DNA of 64,000 bases from a virus (IMGVR_UViG_3300048904_000202:4007-68006), one strand, 5' to 3'. Numbered from the stretch's first letter, positions 45,994-54,024 are shown. Numbers and translations: made by a program. The notes: generated by a model not told the origin, from the sequence alone.

Positions 45994-46008
45994 GTTTCAA
46001 AGACCCGT

Positions 46009-46086
46009 CCTCGGGTAGCTCAGTTGGTAGAGCGGTGGACCGATAATCCATGTCTTGCGGTGGTTCAAACCCACCCCTGAGGACCA
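46009..46086 (+). tRNA. tRNA-Ile(GAT)
   Basis: Cloverleaf, anticodon GAT, encoded CCA. Confidence 0.9.
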
Positions 46087-46223
46087 TCTATTACCGTCCG
46101 TTTATCTGTCCCGGTAGGGCGCGGAGATACGGCTTGGTGAAGATGTACCGTCTATAGGCTGCGGCTGCTTCGGCCCCGTCAGCTTGGCCGGTGCACTCTA
46201 AGCGCGGTAATCACCAGCCCCGG

Positions 46224-46254
46224 AGCCCGTCACCCTAGTGGTGGCGGGCTTTGT
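46224..46254 (+). terminator. Terminator of tRNA operon 1
   Basis: AGCCCGTCACC/GGTGGCGGGCT stem plus TTTG. Confidence 0.6.
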
Positions 46255-46359
46255 GATTCATGCTCAGCAACATTCCGACACATTTAAGCAAAGAATGACT
46301 TGACATATGCGAGTCTAGAGTTAGTGATACTCATCACCCATCCAAGGGAGATTCGCAAA

Positions 46360-46887
46360 ATGGTCAAGAAGGTTATTCTCGCTGCCACCGTGGCCGGCCT
46401 CGCGCTGACTGCTTCGGCCTGTAACCGGGCTCCCGCCTATGGTTACTACAACGACGGCTACTATGCCGGCGCAAACACGCAGGTCTGCACCGATCGCGCC
46501 GGCCGCCGCGTCCCCGATATCAACTGCCAGCAGGCCTATTACGGCGGCGGCTACAATCCCTACCTCTGGTATTATGTCGGCGGCGGTTACCCCGTTCCCT
46601 ATTACGGGACCGTGGTCCACGGCGGTACTTGGTCGCGTCCGTCGAACTTCCGCAGTTATGTCCGCGCACCGGCTCAAGCCAACGTGACCCGCTCGGTCGC
46701 CGTTTCGCGCGGCGGCCTCGGCTCGACCAGCCGCAGCTTCGCGCAGACCTATTCATCGCCGTCGCGCTCGTATTCGTCGAGCAGCTATTCGTCGCCGTCC
46801 CGATCCTACTCGTCGAGCAGCTATAGCTCGTCGCGTTCGTCGTTCAGCGGGGGCGGGCGCTCGTTCGGCGGGAGCGTCAGTTCGTGA
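46360..46887 (+). CDS. YgiB/DUF1190-like lipoprotein
   Basis: Lipobox TASAC, C.D..G.RV.D..C, Tyr/Gly-rich middle, SRGG.G, Ser-rich tail; adjacent to a Gsp-like ligase. Confidence 0.7.
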   Translation: MVKKVILAATVAGLALTASACNRAPAYGYYNDGYYAGANTQVCTDRAGRRVPDINCQQAYYGGGYNPYLWYYVGGGYPVPYYGTVVHGGTWSRPSNFRSYVRAPAQANVTRSVAVSRGGLGSTSRSFAQTYSSPSRSYSSSSYSSPSRSYSSSSYSSSRSSFSGGGRSFGGSVSS

Positions 46888-48035
46888 AGCGCATCCAGAC
46901 CACCCCGCGTACTGACTGGCAGGCCCGTATTCGTGATGCGGGGATGGTCTGGGCAGGCGCTGACACCGGCGGCTGGAATGAGTCCGCCTATTACTCCTTC
47001 ACCAATGAGGACATCGAGCGGATCGGCGAAGCCACCGCCGACCTCTATCGGCTGTTCATCCATTGCGGCGACGCAATGCTGGACTACCGCGACTTCTACT
47101 GGCTGCGTCAGATGGGGATGCCCGAGTGGCTGTTCCCCTATCTCAAGGCGGCGTGGGACGCGGAACCACCGGCTCTCAATTTCGGTCGCTTCGATCTCGG
47201 GTTCGACGGTCGCAATGACCCGAAGCTGTTCGAGTTCAACTGCGACACGCCCGGCAGCCTGATCGAGGCATCGTTGGCGCAAGCGATCTGGCGCGAGGAC
47301 CTGTTCCCGCGCGGTGACCAGTTCAACGGTATCAACCGGGCGCTCGTGTCGCGCTGGGCCGACCTTCGCACCTCGTTCTACGGTCGCACCTTCCACATGA
47401 CGCACGTCTTCGACGAGGACGGCGAGGACACAGCCATCACCAACTATCTGGCCGAGACCGCTCGCATGGCTGGTCTCGATCCCATGATGGTGGTGATCGA
47501 CGACATCGGTCAGGACGAGGAAGGTCGCTTCGTTGACGCCGACGACATCCTCATGGACGTGGTGTACAAGCACTACCCGTGGGAGTGGATCGTCCGTGAA
47601 GAATACGGCCGCGCCATCGTCGAGCAGTCCTCGGACCCGATGCTATGGATCGAGCCGATCTGGAAGATGCTCTGGTCGAACAAGGGAATCCTCGTCGTCG
47701 CCAAGGCGCTGGAGCCCGAGAACCCTTACCTGCTTAACGCCAGCTTCGGGGATACCGGCGCGAAGGACTTCGTGAAGAAGCCCATCTTCTCGCGACGTGG
47801 TGAGAACATCGAGATCGTAGATCAGCGCCAGACCAGCGCGCGGTCCACCGGCGGCTACGGTGCCGAGGGCTTCGTCTATCAGGAGAAGTTCGATCTCCCC
47901 GAGATGGCTCCCGGCATCTTCCCGGTGATCGACTCGTGGATCGTCGGCGGCGTCGCAGTCGGCATGGGTGTCCGCGAAGGCGGCCTCATCACAGACAGTT
48001 CGGCGGCTTTCGTCCCTCACATTATCGAGGGGTGA
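46884..48035 (+). CDS. Glutathionylspermidine synthase family ATP-grasp ligase (YgiC-like)
   Basis: W.ESAYY, GRFDLG.DG...KLFEFNCDTP, YPWEW, IEP.WK...SNKG, KKPIFSR.GENI. Confidence 0.9.
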   Translation: MKRIQTTPRTDWQARIRDAGMVWAGADTGGWNESAYYSFTNEDIERIGEATADLYRLFIHCGDAMLDYRDFYWLRQMGMPEWLFPYLKAAWDAEPPALNFGRFDLGFDGRNDPKLFEFNCDTPGSLIEASLAQAIWREDLFPRGDQFNGINRALVSRWADLRTSFYGRTFHMTHVFDEDGEDTAITNYLAETARMAGLDPMMVVIDDIGQDEEGRFVDADDILMDVVYKHYPWEWIVREEYGRAIVEQSSDPMLWIEPIWKMLWSNKGILVVAKALEPENPYLLNASFGDTGAKDFVKKPIFSRRGENIEIVDQRQTSARSTGGYGAEGFVYQEKFDLPEMAPGIFPVIDSWIVGGVAVGMGVREGGLITDSSAAFVPHIIEG

Positions 48036-48036
48036 G

Positions 48037-48318
48037 ATGAGCTACGACGGCAGTGTGAAGTGGCAGCATGTCGAGGCTGCTCTGGCCCGTGATGGCTTCG
48101 CGCTGACGTTCGCCTGCACCTACGGCGAGTCTCTCCCCGCCGACCTTGAGTACACCGGCCGGGAAACCGGCTGGGAACTTCGCCGGAAGCTGAAATCCTA
48201 CTGTGCCTCACATGGGATCACCAACTTCCAGATCATTCGCAACACGAGCTACCACCGCGATCTGCACGGCAACGCCGTCTACGAGTTGTGGACTCGCCCT
48301 AACCAGATTGAGGGCTGA
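48037..48318 (+). CDS. Hypothetical protein
   Basis: Co-oriented. Confidence 0.55.
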   Translation: MSYDGSVKWQHVEAALARDGFALTFACTYGESLPADLEYTGRETGWELRRKLKSYCASHGITNFQIIRNTSYHRDLHGNAVYELWTRPNQIEG

Positions 48319-48319
48319 C

Positions 48320-48541
48320 ATGGACGCGACACAATTCTGCTACTGGCTACAGGGCCTTTTCGAACTCGGCGAGCCGACGACGCTCGACGAAGTTCAGGTC
48401 GATCTCATCAAGCGACATCTCGCGATGGCTTTCGAGCATGACATCGACCGTCGCCCGCCAGTCGAAGAGCAGAAGGTCCTCAACAACATCCATGCTGGAA
48501 CAACGCCCGCGTTTCAGCGGCCAAAAGGGATGAGGTGCTGA
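48320..48541 (+). CDS. Conserved phage hypothetical protein
   Basis: QFCYWLQG.FEL...IK.HL...F pattern. Confidence 0.65.
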   Translation: MDATQFCYWLQGLFELGEPTTLDEVQVDLIKRHLAMAFEHDIDRRPPVEEQKVLNNIHAGTTPAFQRPKGMRC

Positions 48542-48542
48542 C

Positions 48543-48773
48543 ATGGATACCGATCCCGCCACAATCGCGTCGAAGCTCAACCGTGGACAGAAGTCCACCA
48601 TCCGCTGCCTCGACGATACCCCGTCCGTTCTCGGCTGCGCCGAACCAACGGCTTTACGGCTTTCGCGCGCCACAACTCGCCGGCCGGCGCTGACCTATTA
48701 CACGCAAGGCGCTTCGTGGAAGATGTTCGCCCTCACGCCGATCGGACTCGAAGTTCAGGAGCATTGTTCGTGA
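48543..48773 (+). CDS. Hypothetical protein
   Basis: Co-oriented. Confidence 0.5.
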   Translation: MDTDPATIASKLNRGQKSTIRCLDDTPSVLGCAEPTALRLSRATTRRPALTYYTQGASWKMFALTPIGLEVQEHCS

Positions 48774-49294
48774 CCAGTCCCGCCATGCACTACGCCATCA
48801 CGGCCCACGCCATCACGGCCCACGCCATCACGGCCCACGCCGGCCAAACCTATGGCGACAATGCGGTTCCCTACACGGAACATCTCTTCGCGGTCCGACA
48901 GGTGCTGCGGGACTTCGGGTATTTCGGCGACTATGAAGATGCCGGCGTCCTCCATGACGTGATCGAGGACACCGCCGAGAGCCGCCGCACCGTGGCCGTC
49001 AAGTTCGGAGATCGGGTCGCCACCATGGCGTGGGTCTGCACCGGCGTTGGCCCGAACCGCGTCGTTCGCAACTGGTCCATCTACGCCAAGATGAGCATGT
49101 TTCCCGAGGCCGCGCCGGTGAAGGTCGCCGATCGGATCGCGAATGTCGAGCAGGCCACACCCGGATCGAAACACGCCAAGATGTATCTCGCCGAAGCGGG
49201 TGAGTTCCACGAACACGTCGCGCGGCTCGTGCCTCCACTGATGCAGGCCCGTCTCCTGCGGGCCTACGACGCCGCAGCACAGGTGCCGGCATGA
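48770..49294 (+). CDS. HD-domain (p)ppGpp hydrolase-like protein (SpoT-HD/Mesh1 type)
   Basis: AH.GQ.Y....PY..HL..V, AGVLHDVIEDT, VKVADRIAN. Confidence 0.8.
   Translation: MTSPAMHYAITAHAITAHAITAHAGQTYGDNAVPYTEHLFAVRQVLRDFGYFGDYEDAGVLHDVIEDTAESRRTVAVKFGDRVATMAWVCTGVGPNRVVRNWSIYAKMSMFPEAAPVKVADRIANVEQATPGSKHAKMYLAEAGEFHEHVARLVPPLMQARLLRAYDAAAQVPA
48792..48841 (+). repeat. 15-nt perfect tandem repeat x3.3 (AITAH)
   Basis: ACGCCATCACGGCCC x3 plus ACGCC. Confidence 0.95.
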
Positions 49295-49410
49295 CCCTCG
49301 GTGGCTTCCTCCTCATGCTGGTGATCGTGTTCGTCATCGTCCTGTTCGTCGCGATCGTATGCGGCGTGGACCTGTCGGACATCTTCTTCTTCCTGCCGGA
49401 CGGTAACTGA
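49291..49410 (+). CDS. Small membrane protein (not in ORF track)
   Basis: MTLGGFLLMLVIVFVIVLFVAIVCG...; coupled on both sides. Confidence 0.5.
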   Translation: MTLGGFLLMLVIVFVIVLFVAIVCGVDLSDIFFFLPDGN

Positions 49411-49610
49411 TGACCGCGCGCCAGTTCGTCTTCCTACTCCAGTGGGGTTGGTTGATGTTGCTCGCTGGTCTCTTCTCGCTTCTCTGCATGCCGATGTTCG
49501 CCATGCACGCGTGGATGGAGCGCAAGCCTCATCCGTGGCGCTGGGCGTGGGGTGTGGTGTCGAGCGGCGGCTTTCGGGATTTCGCGAAGGATTGGAGAAA
49601 GTACGGATGA
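49410..49610 (+). CDS. Small membrane protein
   Basis: TM helix; coupled. Confidence 0.5.
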   Translation: MTARQFVFLLQWGWLMLLAGLFSLLCMPMFAMHAWMERKPHPWRWAWGVVSSGGFRDFAKDWRKYG

Positions 49611-50119
49611 ACAAGCTCCAAGCCGCGACCGACACCGTCAAGGAACTGCTCTGCTGGTACGTCATCCTGCTGTTCGCAGCAGCCGGCGTCTACATGTTCG
49701 CGGAACACACATCACTCGACGACGCGCTCTATTGGGCAGCGACCACCGCGACCTCGACCGGGTATGGTGACCTGTCGCCGAAGACGATCGCCGGCCGGAT
49801 TGATGCCGTGCTGCTCATGCACATCTCGATCTTCGTCATCGCGCCCATGATGATCGTCCGCCTCATCGACAGGATGCGCGTCGATCCGAACGTCTTCACG
49901 GACGAGGAGCAGAAGGAGGTGCTGGAACACCTGCGAGCGATCCGGGACAAGGTCGGTGAGCCGGATTACGGCAAGTCGCCCCGTCTAGCTCAGACGCTCA
50001 GGCAGCTTCGCAACACCTATTACCACATGCTGCGAGCGCCTGATTTCTGCACGAAGGCTGCTGCGGCCTCCATCAAGATGGCGATCGACCAGCTTGAGAA
50101 AGTGGCGAAGGAACAGTGA
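49607..50119 (+). CDS. Two-TM potassium channel (KcsA-like pore)
   Basis: TM1-pore helix (DALYWAATT)-TSTGYGDLSP filter-TM2. Confidence 0.85.
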   Translation: MNKLQAATDTVKELLCWYVILLFAAAGVYMFAEHTSLDDALYWAATTATSTGYGDLSPKTIAGRIDAVLLMHISIFVIAPMMIVRLIDRMRVDPNVFTDEEQKEVLEHLRAIRDKVGEPDYGKSPRLAQTLRQLRNTYYHMLRAPDFCTKAAAASIKMAIDQLEKVAKEQ

Positions 50120-50283
50120 TGGACGACATCGACGTGGATCAGTTCGTGGCCGAAGAGATCGAGAGCCTCCGCCGCTTCGCTGCGATGTGGAAATCCGAAT
50201 CGGCGAACGACCCGGAAATCTGGCCGGCGAACATGCGGCGCGGCGAATGGGATGAGCAGTTCCGCTCGTACGAGGGCGCGTGA
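50119..50283 (+). CDS. Hypothetical protein (not in ORF track)
   Basis: MDDIDVDQFVAEE...WDEQF; coupled. Confidence 0.5.
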   Translation: MDDIDVDQFVAEEIESLRRFAAMWKSESANDPEIWPANMRRGEWDEQFRSYEGA

Positions 50284-50591
50284 TGACGGACCCTATCGGC
50301 AACTGCGAATGCGGCGCACCGCTGGCTGAGACCGGTCCGCCGATCTGGGAAACCTACTGCACGGACGAGAAGTGCAAGGTCGCTTGGAACAAACTGGTCA
50401 AGGCTATCCGCGAGGCGCCGTTGCCGCCGCTTACCGGACGATATGCCGCCGAGATCAAGCAGATCGCTGCCGAGCTTCGCCATACCTACGACCATCTGGT
50501 GAATGGCACCACCAGTGATCCCGCCGAATTGGCGAGAGGCCTGCTCGGCCCACAGATCGTGCGGCTTGAGAAGCTGACAGGAGGGAAGTGA
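50280..50591 (+). CDS. Hypothetical protein
   Basis: Coupled; CECG...C....C. Confidence 0.5.
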   Translation: MMTDPIGNCECGAPLAETGPPIWETYCTDEKCKVAWNKLVKAIREAPLPPLTGRYAAEIKQIAAELRHTYDHLVNGTTSDPAELARGLLGPQIVRLEKLTGGK

Positions 50592-51223
50592 TGAAGAACA
50601 ACGTCTATTACGAAGCCGTCGCAGGTGAGGTTCTCGCCTTCTGCTTCGACTACCGCGAGCGCCTGATCGCAAAGCGCGACGTGTTTCAGGAGTACGCCAA
50701 GTCCAAGGGCGCGAAGGGCTGGGTTGGTTCATGGGGTGATTTCTTCGGCCTGCTCTATGAGCGCGATGCCGATCGCCCTAAAGGCCTTGTTGCCGCCAAG
50801 CGCAAGACCAACGACGGCTACACTGTCTGGCGTCCCCATGGGAAGTCGCCCGAGGGTAAGGAACTTCGCCGCGAGTTCGACGACCTTGGTCGAGAGCCAC
50901 GTGGTCACGAGTTCTGCAAGCGGTTCAACATCCCGGAGTCCTTGAGCTACCGGAAGTCCGAGGAGTGCTACGGCACCATGGCGCTCAACGCCATCTTCCC
51001 CGACTCGGCCTTCATCGGCTGGACCGGAGAAGGTGACGATCTTCGCTTCTGGGTCGTGCTACCGGACGTGGATGGTGCCATCGCCGACAAGACTGCCGAG
51101 GGTTACACCTGCGATCCTGCTTCGTGGACTCTGCCGGCCGGGCTAATTCTCTCCAGCCGAGCCCGCTACGATCTCGCCGTGGCGCAGGCCAAGGTGCGGG
51201 AAGAGGAGCTTGAGGCGGCGTGA
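50588..51223 (+). CDS. Hypothetical protein
   Basis: GGAGGG RBS; 211 aa. Confidence 0.65.
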   Translation: MMKNNVYYEAVAGEVLAFCFDYRERLIAKRDVFQEYAKSKGAKGWVGSWGDFFGLLYERDADRPKGLVAAKRKTNDGYTVWRPHGKSPEGKELRREFDDLGREPRGHEFCKRFNIPESLSYRKSEECYGTMALNAIFPDSAFIGWTGEGDDLRFWVVLPDVDGAIADKTAEGYTCDPASWTLPAGLILSSRARYDLAVAQAKVREEELEAA

Positions 51224-51438
51224 TCACCGACGATCAACTGGTGGCGCTGCTCATCGACGCCCACACCACCCGGCACGATCCCGAGTTCGGATCGAGCTAT
51301 CACCAGACCGACCGCTTCGATGTCGAGATCGAGAACGGGATCATCAAGGTCGGCACCGGCGGAGGTGACTTCTACGCGGTGACGCTCGATCTCGAACAGT
51401 TCCGTGCCGGCGTCGAAGCCCTGATCCGGAGCGATTGA
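51220..51438 (+). CDS. Hypothetical protein
   Basis: GTGA overlap. Confidence 0.5.
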   Translation: MITDDQLVALLIDAHTTRHDPEFGSSYHQTDRFDVEIENGIIKVGTGGGDFYAVTLDLEQFRAGVEALIRSD

Positions 51439-51632
51439 TGCTCACCTACCTAGACCGGGCTTTCTGCACCGCCAAGTGTCTCACCCTCGATTGTCCACGC
51501 AACGTGACGCCAGAGGTCGAAGCGGCTGCGGAGAAATGGTGGGGAGGCCCGGATTTCCCGATGAGGCTCATGCCGCTCAATGAGCAGTGTGATGGCTACC
51601 AGCCAGCGCCGGAGGGCATCTGCAATGCCTAA
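51435..51632 (+). CDS. Small Cys-rich protein
   Basis: D..FC....C....C.R pattern. Confidence 0.55.
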   Translation: MMLTYLDRAFCTAKCLTLDCPRNVTPEVEAAAEKWWGGPDFPMRLMPLNEQCDGYQPAPEGICNA

Positions 51633-51996
51633 GGCCGGACGATTGCAGTGCAAGGACATCCCGGATCAGCCGATCCTCCAGTTCCTACACGACCAGCCGG
51701 TAGTTGGCACCAGCGTCAGCAAGGACGGGTTACCGTTCAGGCGTTGGACCAACTGGTTCTGGGACCCGAAAGGATCATATGAGCCAAATCCTGAATACGA
51801 ATACTTGCCTGACAACTCCGTTGCTCGTGCAATGCCGGAAGGCGTCTGTGACAAGCTGCGGATCGCCAAGATGGCGATGATGATCCGGCGCGGCATTGTG
51901 GATGGATGTCCGTGCGGGTGCCGAGGCGACTTTGTGATCACCAAGAAGGGCGAGGACCTGCTTGCCAAAATGAAAGAGGCCGAATGCCAGACGTAA
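51625..51996 (+). CDS. Hypothetical protein
   Basis: QCKDIPD.PIL.FL...L..GC.CGCRGDF.IT.KG. Confidence 0.6.
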   Translation: MPKAGRLQCKDIPDQPILQFLHDQPVVGTSVSKDGLPFRRWTNWFWDPKGSYEPNPEYEYLPDNSVARAMPEGVCDKLRIAKMAMMIRRGIVDGCPCGCRGDFVITKKGEDLLAKMKEAECQT

Positions 51997-52520
51997 CGTT
52001 CACAGATGACGTGCAGGTGGTGGGCCTCCCGTTCAAACCCGGTGATTGGGCCGTCGATCCGTGCGGCGAACGTGTAGCGAAGGTCGTTCGCGTCTACCGG
52101 TGCGGCGAAGATGTGCTGCTCGATCTCTCGATCTACAGCCATAAGGGCGAACGCCTCGGCCGGACCTCTCCGGCGATGGGTGGTCCAACGAAGACCGAGC
52201 CCGCGTGTGATGCAAAGAATTGGGAGAGGATCGCCGAGCCTGACTTTCCGATCACCATAAAGTGGGTGCCCAGCAGCGACGGTAAGGTGTCGGCGCGATA
52301 TTGGGCAGGGGATCGTCTGCCGCCAGCCAACTACGTCCCTCGGCCGAAGAAACCGAAGGCGAAGCCGGCGACGCGTCGCTCCGATTTCCCAGCGACGCTG
52401 GACAAGGAAGAGTACCAGCATCTGGTGGAGCTTTTCGCCGGTGCCAACGATCCGATCGCCATCTCGATCGTGACCAAGGCGCAGGGGATGCTCGACTGGT
52501 ACACGAAGATCGGACTCTAG
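51984..52520 (+). CDS. Hypothetical protein
   Basis: Co-oriented; GAGG RBS. Confidence 0.55.
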   Translation: MPDVTFTDDVQVVGLPFKPGDWAVDPCGERVAKVVRVYRCGEDVLLDLSIYSHKGERLGRTSPAMGGPTKTEPACDAKNWERIAEPDFPITIKWVPSSDGKVSARYWAGDRLPPANYVPRPKKPKAKPATRRSDFPATLDKEEYQHLVELFAGANDPIAISIVTKAQGMLDWYTKIGL

Positions 52521-52557
52521 CCAGACAAACTTTTTTCGTCCTTATGTCGATTTTGGG

Positions 52558-52586
52558 TTGACCTAGACCATCCGCCTGTGTATAAG
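52558..52586 (+). promoter_or_regulatory. Sigma70-type promoter of tRNA operon 2
   Basis: TTGACC-N17-TATAAG. Confidence 0.8.
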
Positions 52587-52633
52587 CCCACCTCTCGACG
52601 CACTTCCGCGTCAACAGGATTATTGAGACCACC

Positions 52634-52690
52634 ATGTTCTTCGGGACCAAACGAGATCGCCGAGAAGGCGAACGAGGTTTTAGCCTCTAA
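52634..52690 (+). CDS. Leader peptide 2 (MFFGTKRDRREGERGFSL)
   Basis: 14 of 18 residues are F/G/K/R/D/E, the amino acids of the downstream tRNAs. Confidence 0.75.
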   Translation: MFFGTKRDRREGERGFSL

Positions 52691-52726
52691 CCCGGTGGTG
52701 TGTCCTGCTGCCGGTGTCGTTTTGAC

Positions 52727-52803
52727 GGATCGGTAGCTCAATAGCGTAGAGCGGTGGGTTCTTACCCCGCAGGTTGTGGGTTCGACCCCCACCCGATCCT
52801 CCA
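52727..52803 (+). tRNA. tRNA-Lys(CTT)
   Basis: Cloverleaf, encoded CCA. Confidence 0.9.
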
Positions 52804-52825
52804 AAACGACATCGGTAAAATTGAC

Positions 52826-52854
52826 ACCCCATCGGCGACCCCGGTGGGGTTTTT
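52826..52854 (+). terminator. Attenuator terminator after the first tRNA of operon 2
   Basis: ACCCCATCGG/CCGGTGGGGT stem plus T-run. Confidence 0.7.
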
Positions 52855-52876
52855 CGCGTCCGCATTCTCGGCTCAT

Positions 52877-52951
52877 GGATCGGTAACTCAATGGGCAGAG
52901 TGGCGGACTTTTAATCCGAGGGTGTGGGTTCGAGGCCCACCCGATCTACCA
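52877..52951 (+). tRNA. tRNA-Lys(TTT)
   Basis: Cloverleaf, encoded CCA. Confidence 0.9.
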
Positions 52952-52967
52952 AATTTCACGGGCCTGA

Positions 52968-53040
52968 GCGGTTGTAGTCTCAGCGGTAGAGCGTCGGCTT
53001 GCCAAGTCGAAGGTCGCGGGTTCGATCCCCGCCTGCCGCT
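52968..53040 (+). tRNA. tRNA-Gly(GCC), CCA not encoded
   Basis: Anticodon GCC, U73. Confidence 0.85.
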
Positions 53041-53156
53041 CAAGCCCGTGATCACAAGTTTCCAGCGGGGTCCGCGCCAGTCCAAGACCTTCATGGGAAA
53101 GCCGATCGACCATAGGACCAGCGCAGTTGGTCGATCGTGAAATGAGATGTGTTGAT

Positions 53157-53231
53157 GCGGCCGTAGCCAAGCGGTCAAGGCAGGAGGCTTCCACCCTCCC
53201 AGCGCGGGTTCGATCCCCGCCGGCCGCTCCA
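53157..53231 (+). tRNA. tRNA-Gly(TCC)
   Basis: Cloverleaf, U73, encoded CCA. Confidence 0.9.
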
Positions 53232-53242
53232 TCACCTCTCAC

Positions 53243-53317
53243 GGACACGTAGCTCAGTGGTAGAGTCTCGCACTGTCGATGCGAGTGTCGCGGGTTCGAT
53301 CCCCGTCGTGTCCGCCA
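53243..53317 (+). tRNA. tRNA-Asp(GTC)
   Basis: Cloverleaf, G73, encoded CCA. Confidence 0.9.
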
Positions 53318-53323
53318 CTTCAC

Positions 53324-53399
53324 GGCCCGTTCGTCTAGCTGGACAGGACGACCGCCTCTCACGCGGTAAGCAGGGGTTCGATCCCCCTACGGGCTACCA
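53324..53399 (+). tRNA. tRNA-Glu(CTC)
   Basis: Cloverleaf, encoded CCA. Confidence 0.9.
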
Positions 53400-53420
53400 G
53401 TACCCACATGCTTTCAGCAT

Positions 53421-53494
53421 GGCCCCATAGACTAAGGGTAGGTCGCCAGTTTTTCACGCTGGAAGTCGGAGTTCAATTCTCCGTGGGGCTACCA
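53421..53494 (+). tRNA. tRNA-Glu(TTC)
   Basis: Cloverleaf, encoded CCA. Confidence 0.9.
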
Positions 53495-53536
53495 ATTTGA
53501 CGGACACCGCGCTGGTCGCGATCCGTCCACGAGTAC

Positions 53537-53612
53537 GCCGCTATAGCTCAACAGGATAGAGCGCGGGATTACGAATCCCAAGGTCGAGGTTCGAGTCCTC
53601 GTAGCGGCTCCA
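53537..53612 (+). tRNA. tRNA-Arg(ACG)
   Basis: Cloverleaf, encoded CCA. Confidence 0.9.
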
Positions 53613-53620
53613 GCCTCTTC

Positions 53621-53695
53621 GCCGAGGTAGCTCAGTGGTAGAGCGCCGGCTTGAAATCCCGGAAGTCGCAGGTTCAACTCCTGCTCTCGGCACCA
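53621..53695 (+). tRNA. tRNA-Phe(GAA)
   Basis: Cloverleaf, encoded CCA. Confidence 0.9.
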
Positions 53696-53735
53696 TCTCC
53701 AAATAGGGAAAATAACACTGCGTCAAAAATAGTTG

Positions 53736-53764
53736 TTGACACTACCACTCGACCTGTGTATAAG
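53736..53764 (+). promoter_or_regulatory. Sigma70-type promoter of tRNA operon 3
   Basis: TTGACA-N17-TATAAG. Confidence 0.8.
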
Positions 53765-53771
53765 CCGCTCC

Positions 53772-53852
53772 ATGTTCACACAGACCCTCTTGAGCCTAAC
53801 CGGCACGACGCTTTGGCATTATTGCCAACAGCATCTGAGTTCATCCCTCTAA
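53772..53852 (+). CDS. Leader peptide 3 (MFTQTLLSLTGTTLWHYCQQHLSSSL), probably leaderless mRNA
   Basis: 23 of 26 residues are S/Y/L/T/H/Q/C/W, the amino acids of the downstream tRNAs; ATG lies 7 nt after the -10 box. Confidence 0.78.
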   Translation: MFTQTLLSLTGTTLWHYCQQHLSSSL

Positions 53853-53887
53853 GGGGAGTGGTCTGACGCCCGCTCCCCTCTCCATAC

Positions 53888-53975
53888 GGAGGGTTGGCAG
53901 AGTGGGTTATTGCGGCGGTCTCGAAAACCGCTGAACCGAAAGGTTCCGTGGGTTCAAATCCCACACCCTCCTCCA
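53888..53975 (+). tRNA. tRNA-Ser(CGA)
   Basis: Long variable arm, encoded CCA. Confidence 0.9.
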
Positions 53976-53984
53976 GATTTTCAG

Positions 53985-54024
53985 AGCGTCAGCAGCCTAC
54001 GGGCCGCTGGCGCTTTTTCGTTTT
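53985..54024 (+). terminator. Attenuator terminator after the first tRNA of operon 3
   Basis: AGCGTCAGC/GCTGGCGCT stem plus TTTTTCGTTTT. Confidence 0.75.

Noticed and set aside
44744-46000. ORF-track entries overlapping the tRNA clusters (also 52517-55543 and 58693-59874)
   Set aside because: They run across tRNA, tmRNA and structured RNA genes and translate to tRNA-derived nonsense.
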